From contig OZ024765.1 of assembly GCA_964016885.1 (NCBI GenBank), positions 6,882,001 to 6,946,000 on the forward strand: DNA of 64,000 nucleotides, written 5' to 3'. The first letter of the stretch is position 1, and each line of letters starts with the position of its first letter. This document shows, piece by piece, positions 37,642 through 50,802 of the stretch. Below the pieces are notes generated by a model. It was not told the origin of the DNA and ran no database searches. It saw nothing but the letters and a program-made list of their open reading frames with translations. Position numbers and translations under genes: made by a program. The stretch comes from Eledone cirrhosa. Its lineage: Eukaryota.

Positions 37642-37697
37642 ACTGCCTGATGAGGTCATAGCCACTCAATTGCTATTATCGAAATATATATAGCAGT
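37642..37697 (+). ncRNA. Type I hammerhead ribozyme motif upstream of the chitinase first coding exon
   Basis: ACTGC-CTGATGA-GGTcATAGC-(CACTCAATT)-GCTATtATC-GAAAT-ATAT-ATA-GCAGT. Perfect 5-bp stem I, intact core, palindromic stem III loop. Confidence 0.82.
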
Positions 37698-37742
37698 AAA
37701 TCAAGGATTATGAGTTCATGCAATTGACTTATGTGTCGTCAC

Positions 37743-37784
<42 letters not shown>

Positions 37785-37898
37785 CAACCTAGTGACTGAC
37801 ACCATCTGATTTGTTCCCTCATAGCTTTCTCACTAACGTAAATTTTTAAATGAAATTTTGCAGATATATTTTCACACATATCTCTCTCTCTCTCTCTC

Positions 37899-37975
<77 letters not shown>

Positions 37976-38051
37976 CTGTGTGGTATACATGTATCAACAT
38001 TTTATAAAGTTTGTAATAAAGTTATATTTTTCTTTCTATTTCAGTATTTTA

Positions 38052-41000
38052 ATGATGTCTTCCATCTACATATATATTTTGGCTGTGTTTTGTCTAACTT
38101 CTGCCATTGCTAGTAAGTCTAAATTTAATCCTATTTATTTCTCCTATCCTTTATTAGTTTGATCCAAAGTATATTTTATCATGGAATTCTTAAGTTATTT
38201 TCCAGAATCCATGGAGCCCGTACTTATATTTTACTTTAACTCTTAACGTCAAATGCAACATGAAACCACCTTAACAGACATTCTTGACTGTATCACATTA
38301 ACCCTTTACCATTTATATTACTCTATATTTACTATTGTATTTCCACTGTAAAGGCTTTACCTCACATAACATTTACATTACTCTATATTTACTATTGTAT
38401 TTCCACTGTAAAGGCTTTACCTCACATAACATTTATATTACTCTATATTTACTATTGTATTTCCACTGTAAAGGCTTTACCTCACATAACATTTACATTA
38501 CTCTATATATACTATTATATTGTCACAGTAAAGGCTTTACCTCACATAATATCTCACATAACATTTACATTACTCTATATTTACTATTGTATTTCCACTG
38601 TAAAGGCTTTACCTCATATAACATTTACATTACTCTATATATACTATTATATTTTTGTGGTAAAGCTTTACCTCACATAATTATCTTACATAACATTTAC
38701 ATTACTCTATATTTACTATTATATTTTAACAGTAAAGGCTTTATCTCACATAATATTGAATCTATAATTTTGATATTATTTATTTTGAGAACAATACTTT
38801 AACATCAGTTTGAGTGGCCAATTACAGCTGGTTTGAACAGAAGGAGGTTTGAAAATTCTGGCCAGATATGACTGGTTTAAATGCTAAAGGGTTAAACATT
38901 CTTGACTGCATCACATTAACCCTTTAGCATTTAAAACGGCCGTATCCAGGCAGAATAATTCCCTCACCTTTTTCTGTTCAAACTGGCCATAACTGGCTGG
39001 TCATACTAATGTTAAGGTATTGTTCTCAAAATAAATAATATCAAAATCACATAGATTCGATATTATGTGAGATAAAGCCTTTACCGTGAAAATACCATAA
39101 TATATATTGAGTAATGTAAATGTTAAAGAGTTGGTAGACATCAAAGTCTTTACTTTAATACTGTAAATTTTCTCAACAATCTGTCCTCCAGTAAAGATAC
39201 TATAAACATTTGTATTAACAAACCACATGAAACCATATTGACAGGACATTCTCAAAAAGTACAAAACAGCTCTATGACTGCATTACATTAACCCTTTAGC
39301 ATTCACATTACTCTATATATACTATTATATTTTCATGGTAAATGCTTTACCGCACATAATTATCTCACATAATATCGAATCTATGAGATTTTGAAAGTAT
39401 TTATTTTGAGAACAATACCTTAACATTAGTTTGAGTGACCAGTTACAGCCAGTTTCAAGAGAAAAGGGTAGAGAATTTTGGCCGGTTTGAACATTAAAGG
39501 GTTAAACATTAAAGTCTTTACTGTAATACTGTAAATTTTCACAGTAAAGATACTATAAATATGTTTTGCTGTTATTTGTAGTTGTTATACTTTCTGTTAA
39601 TGTTGTAGCTGTTGTTGTTGCTGTTCTTGTTACTGTAGCTGTTGTTGTTGTTGTGTACTACTTCCATTGGTAGTTGCTGTTCTTGTTGCATACCACCTGT
39701 GTTGTTGTGTACTACCGCTCCAGTTTACTAGTATCTCTGCTTTCACTTCCAGATGCTGGGGCCTCCAAAAAAATAGTGTGTTACTATGTAACAAGTCTTT
39801 CAAATTATTCCACCCCACTGCCACCCGGGCTTGACCCCACCCTGTGTACCCACATCATCCTAATCGGAACAGCCATTATCGATGGACAGATCAAGCCATC
39901 GAAACCTGTCGACACAGAGATTTACTACAAGAAGATCCCTTTAATGAAAAAACTGAACCCTAATTTAAAAGTGTTGTTGTGTAATGGAGGAGATTTCAAT
40001 GGCGTCCTTGCCACTAGTGAGAACCGAACCAGGTAACACAACATACAGTACCTGATTTTGTCAATTATATATATATATCATCATCATCATTTTATGTCCA
40101 CTTTTCCCTGCTTGCAAGGGTGGGACGGGAACTGATTCTGGCTTGATTTCTACCCAGCACTCACTGTAAATGAGGTTGGTGCTAGGAAGGGCATCCAGCT
40201 GTAGAAATCAAGCCAGAATCAGTTCCCGTCCCAGCCTTGCAAGCAGCGAAAAGCAGACATAAAATAATGATGATGATGATAGTAGAACATTGGTGAGTTA
40301 TATCTGTAGTAGTAGAGCACTCAGTCTATGGGACGAGTTTGGTAGAAGTATTTTATTACAAATTTTCCAGTTGGTTGGTTGGTTATTTTGTCTCTCCTTT
40401 GTTCTGTTCTACACCATCTTGTGTAGGTCAGAACAAAGGAGGGATACAAAATAACAAATTTGTCATTGAAGAGGTTACAGAATGTGTGACAAAAGAGCTT
40501 TGACAATAAATAAACAACCATCTAGTTGATTCTAAACTTATATTTCGTTTCAACAATTGTTTTTATCGTTCTTTGTCTTTTATTTTATTTTTTCTAGATA
40601 TGTCAACAGTTCTTTGCCCTTACTCAGGAAATATGGTTTTGATGGCTTGGACCTTGATTTTGAATTTCCTGCTTGGCAGGGTTTACCCAAAGCACAGAAA
40701 CATTCCTTCAGCCTGTTGTTAATGGTAACTACTTTCAGTATAGAATACTTCCATTAGTTATATGTACGTATGCGAGTGTGTATGTATGTATAGCATTTAA
40801 ATCGATCGTTTCCAGCCAGAATTCTCTCACTTCTTTCTGTTCAAACCGGCTGCTCATACTTATGTTAAGGAATTGTTCTCAAAATGAATAAAATCAAAAT
40901 CTTGTAGATTCAATATTATATAAGATAAAGATTTTACCACGAAAATACAATAGTATATACAGAGTAATGTAAATGTTAAAGGGTTAAATATTAAAATCTA

Positions 41001-44000
41001 TATTTCTGCTAAATCCTTACAAGATGTTAGAAGAAAGGTTGATCAACAAGATCCAAGACCTCATTCGCTTAACAAGTGGGATGGAGCTCGTCAAATCGGA
41101 CCGAGGAAACATTTCTGTTGGCCTTTCCAATTGCTAATACTATCTGTCGGTCGCAAGACAAGATGTTAACAGATAAAAATATGTCAGAGTTTTTTGATGT
41201 AATGTTGCAGGAACTGTATGGTGTCTTTCAACAAGAAGCTGCTCTTACCATGAGACCACGGCTAATGTTAACTGCTGCAGTAGCTGCAACAAAAGCAATA
41301 ACTGATGCATCTTATGAGGTGCCGATTCTTGCCAAGTCAGTATCTGTCCTGTATTACTGTACAATGTCTCTATATATCCTTAATGAACACACATATATAT
41401 ACACATTCACACACATATATACACATACACACACATATATACTCATACACACACATTTCACCATATTACGGGATATTCAGAAGATCCCATAATAGGGTGG
41501 AAGCAGTTTTTTTTTTTGCTTAAACTTTAATCTGTACTAATAATAAATATTTGCTTGATGAGTTTATATATACTTTTTTATATATATTTATACAATCCTT
41601 ATCAAGCCCTCTTCAGATTTTGGTCTTCATATTTATTATTATATTGATCAGTAAGGTCCCAGACATAATTCGCTTCCCAAATGGGGTGGAACTTGTGAAA
41701 ATCAGACCAAGGAAACAATGTTTCCATTGGTCTTTCCATTACTGATACTATCTGTCAGTCACAACTCCTGGCAGAAGAAAGGAGCTGATCATCAGATCAG
41801 ACCAAAGAAACAATGTTTCCATTGGTCTTTCCATTACTGATACTATCTGTCAGTCACAACTCCTGCCAGAAGAAAGGAGCTGATCATCAGATCAGACCAA
41901 AGAAACAATGTTTCCATTGGTCTTTCCATTACTGATACTATCTGTCAGTCACAACTCCTGCCAGAAGAAAGGAGCTGATCATCAGATCAGACCAAAGAAA
42001 CAATGTTTCCATTGGTCTTTCCATTACTGATACTATCTGTCAGTCACAACTCCTGCCAGAAGAAAGGAGCTGATCATCAGATCAGACCAAGGAAACAATG
42101 TCTCCATTGGTCTTTCCATTACTGATACTATCTGTCAGTCACAACTCCTGGCAGAAGTAAGGAGCTGATCATCAGATCAGACCAAGGAAACAATGTCTCC
42201 ATTGGTCTTTCTATTACTGATACTATCTGTCAGTCACAACTCCTGGTAGAAGGAGCAACATGAAATAAAATGTCTTGCTCAAGGAGATAAACACATCATC
42301 CAGTCCAGGAATCAAACTCACAACCTCACAATTACAAATCCAGTTCTCTAACCAATAAGCCATATGCCTTCATTTGTCCTCTTTAACCTTCTCTCTCTCT
42401 CCCCTACCAGAGTGTTGGACTTCATCAACCTTATGTGTTATGACTACCATGGTTTTGCCTACTATGATCCCTTTACTGGCTTCAACAGTCCTCTCTACCC
42501 AGAAAAACACGACAGTATCTATGGTAACCGATCCATTGTAAGTCTGAAACTTATTTAATCTTTTATTATTTTACACGTTTGAGGGCAGTGGATTGGCAGA
42601 ATAGGGAGAGTGGCAGACGCCATGCTTTGCACCATAGAGTTATGGTTGGATTATCAACTCATCTAAACTCTTAATTAGTTTTCATTCCAACATAGCTGTA
42701 CACATATAAGTATGGGAATTTTGTATATCTAATAATATATGGTATGTTTACGAATAAACATTTGAAAGCCTTTAGCTATGAATTTTGGAAGCTGATGGCT
42801 AACGCCATCTAGTGGAATCCAGCTGAGGCAGTAGAGGATAACTATCGACAATCATTTCTGGTTTGTATAATAATAATGAAATTATTGTGTACAGTGCTCA
42901 GGTGCACTACAACTCATCAAAGGTGCATGTATAGTACATAGAATAATGTACAAATGTCAGGAAAATGAAGTGTATGAGTCATGATATAATAATAATAATA
43001 ATAATAATAATGAAATATTGTGTACAGTGCCCAGGTGCACCACAACTCATCAAAAAGTGCATGTACAGTACATAGGGCAATGCACAAACATCAGTAAAAT
43101 GAACAGTGCACGAGTCATGATACACACATGTGCATGTGTATGGAAGGGGTACATCAGGTGTAGTTTTGGCGTATTTCGGGAAGCATGAGTGTCTTAAAGA
43201 ATGCAGGTAGTGCTTCCCCTACTTTGCTCTTTGCTGGAATTTAATACAGGAGAAAATATATAGATTTGACACCTATGTACATGGACTGATTAGCTTCATT
43301 TGTATATGGAGCTGTCAGGCCGACTCAGCCTGATATATCATCATCATCATTTTATGTCAGCTTTTCTCTGCTTGCAAGGGTGTGATAAGTCCTTCTTCAG
43401 CACAGCATCTATATCATCATCATCATCATCATCATTTTATGTCAGCTTTTCTCTGCTTGCAAGGGTGTGATAAGTCCTTCTTCAGCACAGCATCTATATC
43501 ATCATCATCATCATCATCATTTTATGTCCGCTTTTCCCTGCTTGCAAGGGTGGGATGGGTCTTATTCAGCACAGCCTCTCTCCACTTGTCACGGTCCTTC
43601 GTCATCTCCTCGGTGAGTTTCAGCGATCTGAGGTCTGCTCTCACCACCTCCGTCCGTCTTTTTTGTGGTCTACCTCTACTGCATCTTCCTTCTATATATT
43701 ATATATAGTAGTGTATATATAATATATAGAAGTGTATGTATACTAGTGTATGTATAATATATATATACACTAGTATATATAATATATATACACAAGTATA
43801 TATATTATATATTCACTAGCATATATATATTATATATACACTAACATATATATATATATATATATATTTTTTTTTTTCTAAAAAATATATCATACAGAAA
43901 ACGCCAGCACCTACAGTTTTCCAAGAGATGTCAACATGAAAGGACCTATTATTTTTATCTAAAGACATTTTTTCCAATTCCAACCCACCCGTCCCCTGAA

Positions 44001-44585
44001 TCTATCTTATTTCTCATTCTTTCTTCTGATGAAGGACTAGTGTTAACCTAATATATTCCTTCCATATACTGTACCGATTGTGTTGTTATTTCTGTTTACC
44101 TTTTACACATATATATATATATATGGAGGCACATGGCTTAGTGGTTAGAGCATTGGCCTTGCAATCGAAAGGTTGTGAGTTCAATTCTCAGACCGGGTGA
44201 TGTGTTGTTTCCTTGAGCAAGACACTTTATTTCACATTGCTCCAGTTTACTCAGCTGTAGAAATGTGATGATAGGGACTGGGGTCCATATCATTCCACTG
44301 CAAAGTGGTCGTGGAGGTGACATGGCAAAAAAGCACCCAGCACTCACTGTAAATGAGGTTGGTGTTAGGAAGGGCATCTAGCTGTAGAAATCAAGCCAGA
44401 ATCAGTTCCCGTCCCACCCTTGCAAGCAGGGAAAAAGCGGACGTAAAATGATGATGATGACGATATAATATAAAACAAAAAATCAGTGATGCATCTGAAC
44501 TCAATTTATTGTGTGTTACTGCTCTGTAAGAGCATATAGTGCTCAACCGGCATACCACCTATGGAAGCATCTTCGCTACCATCAT

Positions 44586-44626
<41 letters not shown>

Positions 44627-45412
44627 TCATCATCATCATCATCATCATTTCATTTTACGTCCACTTTTCCCTGCTTGCAAGGGTGGGACGGGAACTGATT
44701 CTGGCTTTATTTCTACAGCTGGATGCCCTTCCTAACATCAACCTCATTTTCAGTGAGTGCTGGGTGCTTTTTTGCCGTGGCACCTCCACGACCACTTTGC
44801 AGTAGAATGATAGGGACCCCAGTCCCTATCATCTCATTTCTACAGCTGAGTAAACTGGAGCAATGTGAAATATATATATATATATATAATATTATCATCA
44901 TCATCATCATTATCATCATTTTACGTCTGCTTTTTCCCTGCTTGCAAGGGTGGGATGGGTCCTATTCAGCACAGCATCTCTCCATTTGTCACGGTCCTTC
45001 GTCATCTCCTCCGTGAGCTTCAGTTATCTGAGGTCAGCTCTTACCATCTCTGCCTATGTTTTTCATGGCCTTCCTCTACTGTGTTTGTGTTTCAGGTGTT
45101 TTCTGCTAACTACTGGGTAGCAAAAGGAATGCCCAAGTCTAAAGTTGTTGTTGGGATCCCTACATATGGGCACAGCTACAAACTGCTCTGGAAATTCGTC
45201 CATGGGGTTCATGCGCTCAGTTATGCACCTGGGGACAATAGTGGATATGTCAACTACCCACAGGTAACTACTACTACTACTACTACTGTCATTACTACTA
45301 CTACTACTATTATTGCTGCCATTACTACTACTACTATTGCTGCCATTACTACTACTACTACTACTACACCTGCCATTACTACTACTACTATTACTACTAC
45401 TACACCTGCCAT

Positions 45413-45451
<39 letters not shown>

Positions 45452-46952
45452 CTTCTTCACCATCTTCTCCTCTTTCTTCTCTTTCTTTCTCTTCTTCTCC
45501 CTCTTCTTCTCCTCCTCATGTCTTCTACACAACACAATCAACTTACCAATGTTGTTTAACTCTTAACACCATGTAATAATTTAGCAGGAAATACCTTTTA
45601 ACCCTTTAGCATTTACATTACCCTATATATACTATCATGTTTTCACAGTAAAGGCTTTACCTCACATATTTATCTCACATAGCATTTACATTACTCTATA
45701 TATACTATTGTATTTTCATGGTAAAGGCTTTACCTCACATAATTATCTCACATAATATCGAATCTATGAGATTTTGAAAGTATTTATTTTGAGAACAATA
45801 CCTTAACATCAGTTTGAGCGACCAGTTACAGCCAGTTTCAACAGAAAGAGGTAGAGAATTCAGGCCGGTTTTGGCCGGTTTGAACATTAAAGGGTTAATA
45901 AATCATTGAATTACTTCAGATATTTATAGTATCTTTACTAGTGGTCATTCTGTATCTCCTTCTTCACAGGTGTGTCAAAACCTCCAGAACCACTTTACTA
46001 GGGTCTTCAGTACAGAATGTCAAGTCCCTTATATGTACAAAGATCACCTTTGGATCAGTTATGAAGATGAGCAAAGCATGCAAATAAAGGTATTGTCTTA
46101 TCTCTTTCTCTCTCTCTCTCCCTAATCTTTACCAGGACATATACTGGTAAACTCTAATATAACCTTATATATATCATCATCATCATCATCATTTTACGTC
46201 CGCTTTTCCCTGCTTGCAAGGGTGGGACGGGAACTGATTCTGGCTTGATTTCTACAGCTGGATGCCCTTCCTAACACCAACCTCATTTACAGTGAGTGCT
46301 GGGTGCTTTTTTGCCGTGGCACCTCCACGACCACTTTGCAGTGGAATGATAGGGACTCCAGTCCCTATCATCTCATTTCTACAGCTGAGTAAACTGGAGC
46401 AATGTGAAATAAAGTGTCTTGCTCAAGGAAACAACACATCACCCGGTCTGAGAATTGAACTCACAACCCTTCGATTGCAAGGCCAATGCTCTAACCACTA
46501 AGCCATGTGCTGCCATTGTATATGTATATATATATCATCACAACCGTTTAACGTCCATCGTCCACGCTAAACAATGATGATGATGATATATCTATATTTA
46601 TATATATATGTATGTAAAAGGTAAACAGAAATAACAACACAACCGGTACAGTATACGGAAGGGATGTATTAGGTTAACGCTTGATATAGCAGGAAGAGGG
46701 TCTTAACGTTTCGGACACTAGTCCTTCATCAGAAGAAAGAATGAGAAATAAGATAGATTGAGGGGACGGGCGGGTTGTAATTGGATAACTAATCCATTAC
46801 CAAAGGTTTCAGGGCATATGTTAATATTGTCTAGGATCCTGAAACCTTTGGTAATGGAGTAGTTATATATTGTTGTTCACTTTCTAATTAAATAGCTCTG
46901 TTTTATATATAGAGCACTCTTTTTTCCTTTGCTTTTTCTTCGGAAATACTTA

Positions 46953-46996
<44 letters not shown>

Positions 46997-47595
46997 GAGA
47001 GTATTGAAGTTTGCTTGAAGGATTGTGGAACAATAAGTAAATATCTTTAAGTCGTTTGGAAGCCTCGACAATGCAAATGGGTAAATCTCCGGGTAACAAG
47101 GTCCGGTGGTGGAGAGAGAGATGTAAGTGGGTGTACGTTGAGATGCGTGGTGTGTATAAGATGTGTGAGATGTGTAGAATGGAGGGAAGAGTAAAAGGAT
47201 AAAAATAAAAATAACAACACAAGAGAGAGTTACCTTGGGAGAGATTTAATAGTCCCTATATATTTCGGATTCACATCCATCAACTGGGGTTTTTTTCCGG
47301 GGTGGGGGAAAAGGTTGTCTGTCGGACAAGAGAGAGGGAGATGTATAGCTTTAACTTACAATGCAATAAGAAAGTTTGTGGTAGAATTTAACCGAGGATG
47401 AAGCGGTTTGGTTGTCCAGGTGTGTACCCTCTACTCTAGCAACATTCTCCTCTCTTTCAGGTCAATTGGATCAGGAACAATGGCTACCCAGGTATTATGG
47501 TGTACTCAATGAACTCTGACGACTACCTGGGTACCTGTGATGGCGGCAAAACAAAGAACCCACTTCTGAAGGTCATCAACAAGTTCCTACAATAA
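38052..47595 (+). CDS. Secreted GH18 chitinase (catalytic domain only, no CBM14), 8 coding exons, ~380 aa
   Basis: Exons 38052-38112 (signal peptide MMSSIYIYILAVFCLTSAIA), 39753-40032, 40598-40724, 41211-41335, 42411-42537, 45096-45263, 45970-46089, 47461-47595; GT-AG, in phase, 1143 nt. Motifs: KIVCYY, LDPTLCTHII, FDGLDLDFEFP (DxxDxDxE intact), LDFINLMCYDYHG, NSPLY, KVVVGIPTYG, WISYED. Confidence 0.93.
41700..42255. repeat. 95-bp tandem repeat, ~6 copies, amplified from a SINE body
   Basis: Unit ATCAGACCAAAGAAACAATGTTTCCATTGGTC...GGAGCTGATCATCAG; runs into a minus-strand SINE head at 42255-42370. Confidence 0.92.
42802..42816 (-). promoter_or_regulatory. CTCF-consensus motif
   Basis: Minus strand CCACTAGATGGCG matches the CTCF core. 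A weaker match (CATTAGGTGGCGCTG) lies at ~52786-52800, between the chitinase and MIOS. Motif only. Confidence 0.3.
46701..46736 (-). ncRNA. Minimal type I hammerhead motif in a Penelope-like terminal fragment
   Basis: Minus strand: TCTT-CTGATGA-A-GGAC-TAGT-GTCC-GAAAC-GTT-AAGA. Palindromic AACGTT stem III with no loop; one extra purine after the core. Confidence 0.68.
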
Positions 47596-48413
47596 CCCCC
47601 CCAATTTTCCTGTGAGCCCCCTTTCCCTCCTTTTTTTGTAAGCCACCTCTTCTGCTACCAATAATCCAAGCCCCACCGTCTCCATCTCATGAGAGCCACA
47701 TTTCCTTCCCTTGTAACTGATGCACCCTCCCTCATTTCATGAGAGATCCCACCCCTAATAACCTATACCACACCACGTTTCATGAAAAACCCCACTCCCA
47801 GTAATCCAAGCCAGTCCCCCTATTTCTTGAGAGCTACCTTTCCAACCCCTTATAATGTAAACCCTTGTCCCTTTTTATGAAAAAAACCCACCCCTAGTAA
47901 CCCAAACCACTCCCCGCTTTTTATGAGATCCACCAGAATGATGAAAGTGGAGAGAGAAGTTCCTAAAAATATTTGAAATTTGAAGGATTTCAAAGGGGCC
48001 CGGAGCTTTTGCTGTCTACCTTACATTTTTGGGGACATATTTAGTTATTTACTATCACAGTTTATATTTTATATACCGATAAGTCCATACAAAAGGATGT
48101 ACTAATACCCCACTTTTTCCCTTCAGTGGTTTTATATGCCCCAGGATTGGCAGTATCGGTAGAGGCTCGGACAACAAGCTTTGTAGAGTTACGTCCCTTT
48201 ACAGTCTGAGTTCAAATCCTGCTGAGGTTAACTTTGCCTTTCATCCTTACGGGGTCGATAAAATAAAGTACCAGTAATGCACTGGGATAATTGGTGGCCT
48301 TGTGCCAAACGTAGAAACAATTATTAGACTATAGCATAGTAAAAAATATTATGGCGAAGCTTTTATTTCTGTTTTAATTCTAAATTTCACTCGCTTCATT
48401 CCAAATATACTTC

Positions 48414-48477
<64 letters not shown>

Positions 48478-48904
48478 AATGGAGAATAGCAAGGCTGTGT
48501 AGTTGCTAGTTAAGGTAGGCTTAAAATTAAGAAGAAAGCAAGAAGTGGTGGGGAGTTTTCCTCATCAGTTGTCTACTGGTGTCTCGGATATTTCAACCCA
48601 CATGCTTTAGAACTTACGTTCAGCACCGTTGTGGACTTGGATTTTCTTTCTTCAGTTGCTCGCACATTCTCCGGTTTGTTGGGTTTTTTTCGCTGTTTTT
48701 CTCTTCTCTTCCCTTTTTTCCCTTTTCCATTCTATTTTCCTTCCCTCTCTCCTCCGTTTTCCCAATAACTTACCTAGTTATCGAACGCTCTGGGGGTAGA
48801 TATATTGTCTTTAAAGCGTTGAAATATCTGAGACCCCCAGTAGACAACTGATGAGGAAAATCCCCCCCCCCCCCTCCGTTCTTGCTTTATTCTTAATTTT
48901 AAGC

Positions 48905-48942
<38 letters not shown>

Positions 48943-49051
48943 TTCACTCTTTCACTATATATATATATATATATTCTTCACTCTTTCACTATATATATAT
49001 ATATATATTCTTCACTCTTTCACTATATATATATATATATTCTTCACTCTT

Positions 49052-49087
<36 letters not shown>

Positions 49088-49497
49088 AAGAGTGAAGAAT
49101 AACATGGTCAACAATACAAAAAGCGTTTTATTTACAGTATTAACAATTGTTTCATTCACCAAATGAGTCTAAAGTATTCCGATGATTTGATCAGAGACAC
49201 CCACTGTATTTAAGGTCAAGTGACGCAATTTCTAGGGATCAGCGGCCTTTAGACTCATTTGATCAATGAAACAGTTGTTAACACTGTAAATAAAACCCTT
49301 TTTGTACAGCCGACCATGTTATTCTTCACTCTTTCACTACTATTACTCCAAGAATGACCTGCATGGGAATTCTCTTAAACTCGCCACCTAACTAAGGAAA
49401 CATCTTGTTGAGTCAAACAATGGCGTACATTAAAACAATCCACAGTACAGAGTACTCACAACCTCTAACTTGATTACCTTAAACAATAACTTGTTAT

Positions 49498-49533
<36 letters not shown>

Positions 49534-50271
49534 AGGGCGGTGCCTAAGCATGGCCTCAGCCGGATGGCTGAAACAGGTAAAAGAGTAAAAGAGTATACAA
49601 GTAGAAGCTTAGTAAAATCGAAGCTTTGGCTGTGGCCGAGCAAAGTCGACCTACAATAAGGAATGAGTAGCAAAGCACTCAATAAGGGTAGGTCCTTAGA
49701 GTAATAACATTACGTTTAGATAGCTTGACAAATTGAAAATTGCGGTAGGCAAAATCCAACCATACTATACCAAAACAACGAAAGAACTAATCAGGTTTAA
49801 ACAACAGACCTGGACAGATTGGACGATATTCTGCAATACGTCCGATGCGTTTCTATGAATCCGAAATCATCTATCCAACTTACGTAACACGTAAACTTGT
49901 GGTATTCCATAATCGAACAGGGGATTCATATCATCAACAAGCATTCCTTTCTATTACCTCAAACTGGTGTGAACAAACTAAATGTGACTGCCACAATAGA
50001 CAGCCTTCAAACATTTCATTGTCACGTGTTATATATTTATATATATATATATATATTTCGTTTCTGAATTTGTTTAGCAAGATTCTTTATCTGAAATCGT
50101 GTGTTGAAACCGATATTGTTATACTTTGGGAGGGTCATGTTGCCAATAAGAAACACACGCACCAGTTGCTTTCACTTCAATTTATTATATATTTATAAAT
50201 TTACAAATGCATAAATTTATAAATTTCTGGTTGGTTGGTTGGTTCCACAACCAGATAGTTGTTTATATATA

Positions 50272-50314
50272 GTTATAGTCCTTTCGTCACACACTCTGTG
50301 ACCTCTTCAGTGAC
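50272..50314 (-). ncRNA. Minimal type I hammerhead motif
   Basis: Minus strand: GTCA-CTGAAGA-G-GTCACA-GAGTG-TGTGAC-GAAAG-GA-CTA-TAAC, with one stem I mismatch. A homologous decayed copy at 40462-40504 (+) has perfect GTCA/TGAC. Confidence 0.6.
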
Positions 50315-50802
50315 TGGGGATTCCTTTCTTTGTTTCTGTGCCTCTCCTTTATAAATATATAATAAATATATAATAAATTGAAGTGAAAGCAACTGGTGCG
50401 TGTGTTTCTTATTGGCAACATGACCCTCCCAAAGTATAACAATATATATATATAGGAAAATGTTTGACCCCGACGGCAGAGCTCAAGCTGTTTTGACGGC
50501 TATTTCTGGACCCAGAAATAGCCGTTGAAACGGGTTGAGCTCTGCTGTTTTCCAATTCCCCACTCTACTACCCTAAGTATTGAGTACTCTGGTGCGTTAT
50601 GGTCCATCTGTTTCCTTACCACATCTCCTTCGTTATATATATATATAAACAAGCCCACCTTGTACTTTATATTTATTAAAAGCTACCTCTATCAAAACAA
50701 TATAACACTTTCTTTGTGTCTTTCTTTTACAATCCTGCTGTAAATAAAGAAATGTTTATTCTTCATATTGTTGTTGTTGTTTTGGATCTTATTGTTATTA
50801 TT

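Noticed and set aside
41700-42255. Possible tandem retrozyme: CTGATGA and GAAA recur in each 95-bp unit on the minus strand
   Set aside because: Stem II does not close onto GAAA, the would-be triplet ends in G, and no stem I can form; SINE-derived.
48848-48875. CTGATGAGGAAA in the 48.5-48.9 kb inverted repeat
   Set aside because: No stem II or downstream GAAA-NUH arrangement.
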